Part shown: positions 10,516 to 18,583 of the stretch, in pieces
Layout of the letters: every line of letters starts with the position of its first letter
Position numbering within the stretch: position 1 is the stretch's first letter
DNA from: an uncultured Verrucomicrobiae bacterium
GTDB taxonomy: Bacteria > Verrucomicrobiota > Verrucomicrobiia > Chthoniobacterales > Terrimicrobiaceae
DNA length: 64,000 bases
Direction: 5' to 3'
Assembly: GCA_963706955.1 (NCBI GenBank)
Contig: CAVPOC010000010.1
Coordinates: 64,001 to 128,000, forward strand
Position numbers and translations under genes: made by a program
The notes under the pieces: generated by a model
What the model saw: only the letters and a program-made list of their open reading frames with translations
Database searches by the model: none
Told to the model about the DNA's origin: nothing

Positions 10516-13500
10516 TTACCGAATCTCTTCGGAAGCTAGAACGCGGTACAAATACCGGGGCTGGAAAGGATGACCACCGGGATCCATCGGGTCGTCGTAG
10601 GTTCCGACCACAGCGTCAGTTCCAGGATTCGCACTGTTTCCGTAGACGTTGTCCGCACCAGGATCCAAATAGCGCTCAATGATGAAACGCAGCCGCACCT
10701 CGGCGAGAACATTGTCCCCAGGTTCGAATTCGTCATATTGCGTATTCGCTGGTTTCTTGTTGACCGCCTGCCCCACTGTCCACACGGAAAAGACATTTCC
10801 TTGTGTCGTGAGTGTGCCAACGATCTGCCGGACGAGATCGTTGCGTGTAGGATTGTTGGTGGCACGAAGATTAGCAATCTCCGGAACATTGCAGATCTCC
10901 GCAGGCATGCGCAGAGGCGCATTGGCGCGAATGTAGTTTTCAATGGCTTGCGCAATCGTGCTCGCATCGACAGCTGAGCCGTTCGTGAAAGTGGCGTTGG
11001 TACTTACGCCGGTGATGGTTTGGTTTATCCAAACGCCACTCAAGACGCTCTCGATGGGCAGCCGTCGAGAAACATTCGTTTGTGCAACATCCGCATTCGT
11101 AGTGTAGATCACCGCTCCATTGGGATTCACCTTGCCGGCAGTCGCTCCGCCGTAAGTGCCATAGTATAGCAGATTGGTAACCGCGGCATTGGTGCTCGGG
11201 GTCGCGGTCGCCGGATTATACGTGCTGCCGAAAGAAGCCAACGTGGAGGGAATGTAAAACAAATCCAAAAGCGCCCAGTCGGGATATGGGACGCTGGCAG
11301 AGTTAGTGGTTCTTTGCGCACTCGCCTCTGTCGATGGCGCGTAGCTCAGAAGGCGGAAAGGAGTCCCCTTCTGATCGGCGTAGGCCACTGTTTCATCATC
11401 CGGTATGATCCCACTACGAACATACTGAAGATAACCTATATTGGGCATTCGCGCGCTGCGGGGGATCTGTGTTTGAATCGCCACATCCGCAATCGATGTA
11501 CATAGCCCGGCGTCCGCTTGCGGCATCCAATAGGAATCAGGATCCGCGAGCCTGTCGCGGAAGTTTCCACTCATGGAATCGATGTCGTAATACTTATTAA
11601 CACTCGGAGAGATCGTGCTGGATGAAGAAATTATCCAGTCCCCCGGAAACTTATTTACCAGAGGGTCCTCCACGGCAGCCGCGACAACTTGGCCCGGTCC
11701 CTCCACGACAACATTCGCGCTGACTGGTATTACAGAGACCAAAACTCGCTCCCGCAAAGTGCCCTCGCCAGGTGTGTTGGTCTCCCACTCCGCATCGATT
11801 TGAGTCTCGGACCTATTTCCCTGGAAATTCGTGTACGGCTCTTCGGTAGTTACTCCGTCAACGTCGTAAGGGCCCCGGATCGCCTCGAGGGGGACCGGAT
11901 CCGGATCGCTCAGAAAGCCCCCCTTCATCTGGGTCTTGACGGCGATTCCGCCTTCGATCACCAAGGTCGAATTCGTGCTAACACTTGTCTGCATGGAGTA
12001 TCGGTAAGGGCTTCCACCGGTTTCAGCGTCGCCAAGCATGGACCGAATGACACGCATCTCTCCAGGTTGCCACTCATCGGCCGGCGAGGCGTTCGGCTCA
12101 AGGTGGGTCATAAAAAAAGGGCTTGCATAATCCTTGAATGTTCCCGAGGGCAAAAAGGAAGGCGCCTGCCCATCACCCCTCCATGGACCTGCCGCATTGG
12201 CTAGATCGAAACGAGCATACGGATCGTGAAATTTTTGCGCCAAAATCTGAGAATTATCTTCTCTGGGATTGGGATTGCCCTGAATGATGCCGGGATTTCC
12301 CGCAAGATCGATGCCCTGGTTGTTCCGCAAGAGCTGATCGGCCCAAAACCCGTCGATCTCGGGACTGTTAGCGTCAGGCTGGCGCGGAAGGGGGGCTGCG
12401 AATCGATTAGGCGTTGAGGGCTCCCCAGGCGCCCGCGGCATATCGACGACATTCAAAGTTGATTTCATTGAGCGATGCCCGACATAAGACTCAGAAGCCA
12501 GAAAATTGAGCTCTTTCCTCCCTCCGAAGTAACCAACTGGCAACCACCACTCCACCCAGATGTCAAAAGTGGCAAAGGGCGGCTCGTAATTGGGATCTTG
12601 CGGAGAATTAGTGGGAGTCGGCGAAGCAAACCCCGCAATCTCCATGTACATTTGGGTAACTTTCGGGGAGCGTCCAATCCCGTTTACCCACTTCCCGCTG
12701 AGCCAGCCGGGGAAAAGGTAAGGGACCACCATAAAGCGGTGGCCGATTTGCTCGCCAACACCGCTAGGGGTACCAGAGATATTAGGATAGTCGGACGAAA
12801 TTGCCTTCGAACCAATACTTAATATCTGAGCAATCAGGCTGTCCAACTGCCTCAGAGAGTATTTCCCGGCAAAACCGCCCGTCGACGATCCCGGAAAAAC
12901 CGGCCAAGTTAATGGACGCCCAACGTCGTTGATCCCGGCAAGATAATTAGCAAGGAGAAAGCCTTGATTGTAGGAGTAATTTGGGGAATCCCGCGGACCC
13001 TCTCGCAACGCATACGCGTAGGGATGGAACAGGTTGACACCAGTCGGATAGACGCCAAGCTCACCTCTTAGAGCGAGAGGCCAGGGATGATTGCGAGACG
13101 TTCCTGGGTCGATGTCGTAGCGACTTCTAATCACGAAAGGTCGCAACTGTGCCGGCGTTGGGTAGAACTCACGCGGCGGCAGTAACGTCAGGCTGTTCAA
13201 GATCATGTTGCTCGAATCCAATCCGTCGTGGCCCAAGAGCGGCGCGACAGATATCGTCGGCTCACCGAAGACGTTAAGCTCAGGGCTCCGACTGTGCGCG
13301 GTCAGTGAGAAGACATTGTCTGCAAACGCGGCATTCGTGACGCCAGAGACTCGCAGAATTTCGCGCGGAGAGGTAAAGCCATTTGTTCGCGCCATCTGAA
13401 CCACCTGTTTTGCCGGTCCGTTTGTATTGTTTCCCAAGAGGACGCCCAGACTGACCTCACTCGGCGTTCCGATTCCCAGCGAATTGGTGGTGTATTTCTC

Positions 13501-14070
13501 CGTTCCATCAGCCGTGTTGACATTGATCTTTGCGCCTTCGTCATCGACCCAAAAAGCATAGCGACCGATGATCGCATTGTTGGAACCTGCGGACTGTGTG
13601 GGATCGCGCAGCACGCTCGCCCACTTGACCGAGACTTCTGGCGCATTCGACCCGCCAATGATCGGATAGGATCCATCAATGAGCTGACGGTTGAGGTTCA
13701 CCAGGGCTGTCCCGGGGGATTCCGAAAACAACCCGATGTTCGTGAGCGGGTTTACGCTCGAATACGACCAGCGGGTGATGCGTCCGGGCGAGAGAGACCA
13801 ATAGAAGGGAGGGTTGCTAGCGGCAAAATTCTTATACGGATCATCCCAGGGGCCAAGCGCGTCGCGGATTTTAGCCAGGGCTTGGTGCGCTCCCACCATC
13901 GCGATGCCGTAGGCTCTCTCCTGGTCCAAACTCGAGCCGGCCGTCTTTGTCTCGAGCATGACACTCGCGAGATAGCCCACGGTCACCACGGTGATCAGGA
14001 CGATGATCACGAGGGTCATCACCAAGGCCGAGCCGAGGCGTTTGGAGAGCGGGTTTCCTCGAGGTTTCAT
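10516..14070 (-). CDS. Verru_Chthon cassette protein A (large PilX-like pilin/adhesin)
   Basis: 1184 aa; G-SALVMTLVIIVLITVV N-terminus, GRYAFWVDDEGAKINVN, PDWALLDLF, GKVNPN, LTTQGNVFSVWTVGQ, E-R---IERYLDP, YRVL. These are the conserved blocks of this family. Confidence 0.88.
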   Translation of the reverse strand: MKPRGNPLSKRLGSALVMTLVIIVLITVVTVGYLASVMLETKTAGSSLDQERAYGIAMVGAHQALAKIRDALGPWDDPYKNFAASNPPFYWSLSPGRITRWSYSSVNPLTNIGLFSESPGTALVNLNRQLIDGSYPIIGGSNAPEVSVKWASVLRDPTQSAGSNNAIIGRYAFWVDDEGAKINVNTADGTEKYTTNSLGIGTPSEVSLGVLLGNNTNGPAKQVVQMARTNGFTSPREILRVSGVTNAAFADNVFSLTAHSRSPELNVFGEPTISVAPLLGHDGLDSSNMILNSLTLLPPREFYPTPAQLRPFVIRSRYDIDPGTSRNHPWPLALRGELGVYPTGVNLFHPYAYALREGPRDSPNYSYNQGFLLANYLAGINDVGRPLTWPVFPGSSTGGFAGKYSLRQLDSLIAQILSIGSKAISSDYPNISGTPSGVGEQIGHRFMVVPYLFPGWLSGKWVNGIGRSPKVTQMYMEIAGFASPTPTNSPQDPNYEPPFATFDIWVEWWLPVGYFGGRKELNFLASESYVGHRSMKSTLNVVDMPRAPGEPSTPNRFAAPLPRQPDANSPEIDGFWADQLLRNNQGIDLAGNPGIIQGNPNPREDNSQILAQKFHDPYARFDLANAAGPWRGDGQAPSFLPSGTFKDYASPFFMTHLEPNASPADEWQPGEMRVIRSMLGDAETGGSPYRYSMQTSVSTNSTLVIEGGIAVKTQMKGGFLSDPDPVPLEAIRGPYDVDGVTTEEPYTNFQGNRSETQIDAEWETNTPGEGTLRERVLVSVIPVSANVVVEGPGQVVAAAVEDPLVNKFPGDWIISSSSTISPSVNKYYDIDSMSGNFRDRLADPDSYWMPQADAGLCTSIADVAIQTQIPRSARMPNIGYLQYVRSGIIPDDETVAYADQKGTPFRLLSYAPSTEASAQRTTNSASVPYPDWALLDLFYIPSTLASFGSTYNPATATPSTNAAVTNLLYYGTYGGATAGKVNPNGAVIYTTNADVAQTNVSRRLPIESVLSGVWINQTITGVSTNATFTNGSAVDASTIAQAIENYIRANAPLRMPAEICNVPEIANLRATNNPTRNDLVRQIVGTLTTQGNVFSVWTVGQAVNKKPANTQYDEFEPGDNVLAEVRLRFIIERYLDPGADNVYGNSANPGTDAVVGTYDDPMDPGGHPFQPRYLYRVLASEEIR

Positions 14071-14075
14071 TTGAG

Positions 14076-14996
14076 CTAGCGCGGAGCGGTTTGAAGGTCG
14101 ATTACAGTGCTGTAGACGCGGGCTCCCTGTTTGATCCCAGGAACGAGACCGTTATAAAAGGTATTTACGTCATTGGTCATGTCAGCCGTTCGCGGTGCGG
14201 GCCGTTCACTTCCGGTCAGGCGTTTGGCCGTGCGAGCGTCCACGGCGACGACGGCCACCTCAACGCTCGCCGGCAGAGCGCGCGCGAAGGTGTGGGGACC
14301 AACATTCGTTCCGTTCGTCAGGACTGTGCGGTATCCCGTTGTGGAGTCAAACTCGCCATTCGGGTAGGCGGCATTGCTGGCGTTGGTAGTGATCGGCCTC
14401 CGCGCCTGATCGAGCGGCTGCATCCAAATCCCGAGGATGTTCTCGGCCAATTGGCCCTCATAGCCGGATGCCTTGTTGGCCGGAGCGTTAGCGGTAATCA
14501 ACGCGTCGTTAACCCAATCCGAAGGCTTCTGGAACTGGAAATTCGTCGAGTCGATTATGAGCCGGCAGAGTTTGGGAACCGATCCATTCGACTCGGCGAC
14601 CCACTGCACGAAGTAGCCGACCAGTGCCATGTCGCCGCGCGTGCGGTCGCTCGCCACCGGCGCCTGCCAAAAAGCCGCCTGCGGGAGTCTGTAGTTCGCG
14701 CCGACGTTCGTCGGGTTGATGACGAATTGGAAATTGGTGGACGCAGGGTTGACCGGTGCCGCTGCGAAGCGCAAATCCCGCGCCATGCGCGAAAATGCGG
14801 CTAGGACGGAGGACCGCCGCTCGTTATGAGAAATGCCCATCTGCCAAAACGACGAGAGCGAGCCCGCAATCGACAAGAGAATCAGCGCCAGACCGACAAA
14901 GACCGCTGTCGCCACCAGGAGTTCCAACAGCGAGAAGGCGCCGATCATCCGAACAAGCCTCCTATTGGTAGTTGAAGAGCGAGATGACGCTGACAT
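14076..14996 (-). CDS. Verru_Chthon cassette protein C (prepilin-type, PulJ/PilW-like)
   Basis: GA|FSLLELLVATAVF prepilin motif; FWQAP, VGYFVQW, LAENILG, ALPASVEVAVVAVD. Confidence 0.85.
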   Translation of the reverse strand: MSASSRSSTTNRRLVRMIGAFSLLELLVATAVFVGLALILLSIAGSLSSFWQMGISHNERRSSVLAAFSRMARDLRFAAAPVNPASTNFQFVINPTNVGANYRLPQAAFWQAPVASDRTRGDMALVGYFVQWVAESNGSVPKLCRLIIDSTNFQFQKPSDWVNDALITANAPANKASGYEGQLAENILGIWMQPLDQARRPITTNASNAAYPNGEFDSTTGYRTVLTNGTNVGPHTFARALPASVEVAVVAVDARTAKRLTGSERPAPRTADMTNDVNTFYNGLVPGIKQGARVYSTVIDLQTAPR

Positions 14997-15525
14997 TTGT
15001 GGAGGTCAGTTGCGGGCTTGGCCACCGGGTCCGCACCTGAAGCAAGGCGATGTAATTGATCGGATAGTTCGCGTTCGTCGGATTCGTCGGCGTCACGTTG
15101 GAAACGTCGCCAACAAAATAGACGTTCGGAGAATTCACGGGAACCGGCATGCCTTCGTAATCCCAAGACAAATTGGTGGGAAGACTTGCCAGCGCATTAG
15201 AAAAGCGCTGGCTCTGATATTCGGAAGTCACCTGCTCGGTAATCCAGGCCAGGCGGGCCTTGAGATCTGCATTCTTGGTCTCATTGGCAGCTATCGCGAC
15301 CAGTCCGAGAATCGCGGTCAGGACAAAGGCAACCAGCCCGACAGCGATTACTACTTCAATCAAGGTGAACGCAGCCGAGCTCCTGAGACCTAGCGAGCCC
15401 CTCGGTTCCGCACCGCTCGTAGAAGCAACCGCTCTCCGAATCAGGAAGCCTCTCGTCTCTCGGCAAGATCGCTCTGGTTCGGAAGCAACTTGGGGGGTAG
15501 CTCCGTTCGACACAACCGATTTCAA
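14962..15525 (-). CDS. Verru_Chthon cassette protein B (prepilin-type, PilV-like); start uncertain
   Basis: AA|FTLIEVVIAVGLVAFVLTAILGL, WDYEG, V-TRWP. Confidence 0.82.
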   Translation of the reverse strand: MKSVVSNGATPQVASEPERSCRETRGFLIRRAVASTSGAEPRGSLGLRSSAAFTLIEVVIAVGLVAFVLTAILGLVAIAANETKNADLKARLAWITEQVTSEYQSQRFSNALASLPTNLSWDYEGMPVPVNSPNVYFVGDVSNVTPTNPTNANYPINYIALLQVRTRWPSPQLTSTNVSVISLFNYQ

Positions 15526-15533
15526 AAGAAGAT

Positions 15534-15561
15534 ACTGTAGGACGTCGCGAGCTCTTGTAAA
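15534..15561 (-). promoter_or_regulatory. Possible sigma70-type promoter for the B-C-A operon
   Basis: Minus strand reads TTTACA-N16-TACAGT just upstream of the TTG at 15525. Consensus resemblance only. Confidence 0.3.
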
Positions 15562-16010
15562 GCTCAGAATATATCAGAATGGGATCGATTGTCTTTTTGA
15601 TGCTTATTCTCGCGGCCGTAGGGCATCCGCCCCGTAGTGCACGATCAAACTATTAGCTTAGCGCACCTTTGCTGTCGTTTGTACGAGAGCCAATTCGTGC
15701 AGCGATTTTTCCAACCGCGATTTTGAAATCAAACAAATCCTAATATCCGGGACCTTGATTTCGACCCGATTAGCCCGGCGTTGGAACCCGTTGAATGTTA
15801 GCTTGCCGGCGGAATAGATGAAGGCACACCACTGAGCAGAGGCGGGTGCCGCCAACGCCGGCGAAGCAAGACAGAATCTAGCTGTAGTGCGGGCTACCCA
15901 ATCAACATGAGGCGACGATTGCCTCTTGAAAACATAAAGCAGACACGTAAAACTTTTCTTGCATTTTGGTAGGGAACTCTCGACAGTGCGTTATCTCCCC
16001 GATTTGATAG

Positions 16011-16682
16011 ATGCGAATGCCTCCCCTCTCTCGTGTGACGGCTCATCGCCGGGCATACTCCCTTATTGAACTGTTGGCCGTAATGGCAATCATTTCTGCG
16101 CTGGCCGGCTTGACGGTCGGCTCCCTCTCGCCCGTGAAGGCGAATGCGCTCACAGCAGGCGGCAACCAAGTCGCGGACCTTTTCACTGCGGCGAGGCAAA
16201 ACTCCCTTGCGCGGCACGCTTTTACCGCCGTGATCATCAAAACTGCGGGGGATGCCCGTTATTCGGCCTTCTGCCTCTTCGAACTGACCCGCAACGACGA
16301 CGGTACCTTCTCCAATTGGAAGATGGCAGCTCCATGGCGGTTGCTTCCCGATGGAATACGCTTTGATCCGGACCTGACGGTTGCGACTCCCACATTGAAT
16401 TTTGCGGATTCTAGCAATAATCCTGGCCTGCCGGTTGCGCTCCCCTCCGTGCCTTTTCGGGGTCAAGCGGTCAACTTGAGCTCGGAGGCGGCCTTCCAAA
16501 TCTTCGCACCAGATGGAACGTTGACAAAGGGAGCTCCAATGCGGCTCCGACTCCTGGAGGGCGCAGAGGACTCTGGCTCTGGAATAATCTACACCGGACA
16601 GAGAAACGGTGCGGATCCGGCCAATTATTACGATATCGTGCTCCTACGCGAGACCGGCCAAGCCAAAGTCGAGCGCTTCTAA
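16011..16682 (+). CDS. Verru_Chthon cassette protein D (prepilin-type, FimT/PulH-like), divergent from B-C-A
   Basis: RA|YSLIELLAVMAIISALAGL, ARQNS, W-LLPDG, F-PDG, C-terminal NYYDIVLLRETGQAKVER. Confidence 0.85.
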   Translation: MRMPPLSRVTAHRRAYSLIELLAVMAIISALAGLTVGSLSPVKANALTAGGNQVADLFTAARQNSLARHAFTAVIIKTAGDARYSAFCLFELTRNDDGTFSNWKMAAPWRLLPDGIRFDPDLTVATPTLNFADSSNNPGLPVALPSVPFRGQAVNLSSEAAFQIFAPDGTLTKGAPMRLRLLEGAEDSGSGIIYTGQRNGADPANYYDIVLLRETGQAKVERF

Positions 16683-16690
16683 GGCCTTTT

Positions 16691-16903
16691 CTGTAGCGGC
16701 GATGTCCTCATCGCCGAAATTCGCCCAACGTCGCGACACCTCTACGGCCGCTTAAGTAATCATGTGCCGGCGATCACCGATTCGGAAAATTTATAGAGGC
16801 GCTTGTGCCAAGCGCCTGTGGATTTCGCTGGGCGCCTGACACAAGCGCCCCTACAACGCGGCGATCGCTTCAGCGCCTGCCGGGCGCGGCATCGCCGCTA
16901 CAA
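16691..16903. repeat. Composite REP cluster between convergent genes: an inverted GTAGCGGCGATG pair enclosing a GTAG-AGGC doublet
   Basis: 16691-16716 CTGTAGCGGCGATGTCCTCATCGCCG; 16791-16856 TTATAGAGGCGCTTGTGCCAAGCGCCT..GGCGCCTGACACAAGCGCCCCTACAA; 16888-16903 GGCATCGCCGCTACAA. Confidence 0.75.
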
Positions 16904-16915
16904 ATTTCGACGAAC

Positions 16916-18181
16916 TCAGGGAGCTGCGATGCTCACCGGCGGCATGTTCGGGCGAGTCTTGCTGGCTGGAAACGCCGAGTTGCGAATAATGAGCTCGGGG
17001 GAGACCATGCGCCGTTGGCCCTTCTCGAAGAGCTCACCATCCATGCGCTGCTTCAACAGGAACATCAATTCGGTGCCGATCGCGAGATTTTTCTTGTCAA
17101 CCGTGGCGACTGGACCCAGCGGCTCCCACTGCCGTGTCTCCATGTCATCCCACATATTGTCGTATCCCACCAGGAGGACATCCCGATTGGGTTGCTTGCC
17201 GTGGACCCGCAAGGCGGCGCAAAGGTGTCCGATAATGGCGTCGCTGGGCGCCATGATGGCATCGATGGCATTGGGCCCATGCAGGTGTTCGACCAGGTAG
17301 CCGGCCATGAGACGAGACTGAAGCTTGAAGTCCTCCTCGGTGTTATCAAAATTGTGGTAGCCGGGGTCGAACACCTCGACTGGCGGTAGCGGTTCGAGGC
17401 CTGCCTCGCGCATGGCTCTCTCGTAGCCGGCGTTTCGCTGGGCTAGCCACGGCTGGACCTCGGAGGGACCGCTCACGGCAAGCTGCCAAAAGCGCAGGAT
17501 GCGTTTGCGTCCCTGGCTGATCAGCCACTTGGTCAGGGCGTGGGCGCCGGCCTCATGGTCGGAGGTAACCGCGTCGATCTCTGAAGCGAAGTGGGGGTTA
17601 TCGCGAGCGAGTCCCATGTCGCCATAGATGACAAAGGGGATGTTGCCCTCGCGAAGGGCCCGACCGATATGCTCGCCCGATTTGTCCTGGACGACACCGC
17701 ACAAGACAATGGCTCCGCCCGGCCGCTCCATGATCAAGCGCTGGAGCATATCTCCCGCAATCCGCTTGGGATGCACCGTCAGAGCATCATGGCCCGCCAT
17801 GCGAACGGCATGAACCGCACCCGCAAGGATGAAATTGATGTGCCAGGTGTTGTGCATCTTCTCGGAAAATTCATGCTGAGCGGGCGGCTCCATAATCAAC
17901 GCAATCGCGTCAGATAAGAACGTCTTCTGCGCCTTGACCGTCCCATTGACGATGCGACGCCGGCTCTCACAATGGATCATTCCCTGTCTCTCCAAATCCT
18001 CCAACGCCAGGCGCACGGTTGTCCGCGACACGTTGAGCTTGGAAGCCAACCGCATCTCGGAAGGGAGGCGAGAGCCCGCGGCCAGACGACCGTCTGTGAT
18101 CCATTCCTGAATATGGCGAATGGCTCTCGCGCGAGGACTGTTGTTGATGATCCCTAGGGTATCGGACTTTTCCAAAGCCAT
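16916..18181 (-). CDS. GntR-family wHTH plus LacI-type sugar-binding domain transcriptional regulator (AraR-like architecture)
   Basis: RLPSEMRLASKLNVSRTTVRLALEDLERQG (GntR HTH); VTSDHEAGA, LISQGRKRI, RNAGYERAM, DVLLVGYDN (periplasmic-binding-protein fold). Confidence 0.9.
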   Translation of the reverse strand: MALEKSDTLGIINNSPRARAIRHIQEWITDGRLAAGSRLPSEMRLASKLNVSRTTVRLALEDLERQGMIHCESRRRIVNGTVKAQKTFLSDAIALIMEPPAQHEFSEKMHNTWHINFILAGAVHAVRMAGHDALTVHPKRIAGDMLQRLIMERPGGAIVLCGVVQDKSGEHIGRALREGNIPFVIYGDMGLARDNPHFASEIDAVTSDHEAGAHALTKWLISQGRKRILRFWQLAVSGPSEVQPWLAQRNAGYERAMREAGLEPLPPVEVFDPGYHNFDNTEEDFKLQSRLMAGYLVEHLHGPNAIDAIMAPSDAIIGHLCAALRVHGKQPNRDVLLVGYDNMWDDMETRQWEPLGPVATVDKKNLAIGTELMFLLKQRMDGELFEKGQRRMVSPELIIRNSAFPASKTRPNMPPVSIAAP

Positions 18182-18583
18182 AACTATAAGAAAAAATTAA
18201 ACTGCGATCGACCTGTCGTGCCGGAGAGGGCAAGGGAGAACGTGTTGTTTTTGGACCATAATTGGGGGGATAAATCGTTTCTGTTCACGAAATGGCCGCT
18301 TCTCCAGTTGGCACCGAAATTCCTCCAGATCGACAGAAAACTCGCACCCTCTGCAAATAGCGCACATCCAACAAGGCAGGGATAGCTTACAAGCACACAG
18401 AGAGGCAAACACTTTTTAAGGGGCGCTTATGGCTAATATAGCATAGAACCGGAATGCGTTGGTTGGGAACCGAACATCGCCGCACTTCCCGAGCTACAGC
18501 TGAGGACTGCGGAAATGCCGCCCCCACAAATGCTTTTTTTGTTTGACAGGTATGCAAATTGTTTCCTGAACTGGTGACGCAAT

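Noticed and set aside
18309..18323. Sigma54-like TGGCAC-N5-TTCC upstream of GH39
   Set aside because: The invariant -12 GC is missing (TTCC instead of TTGC) and no enhancer-binding protein gene is nearby.
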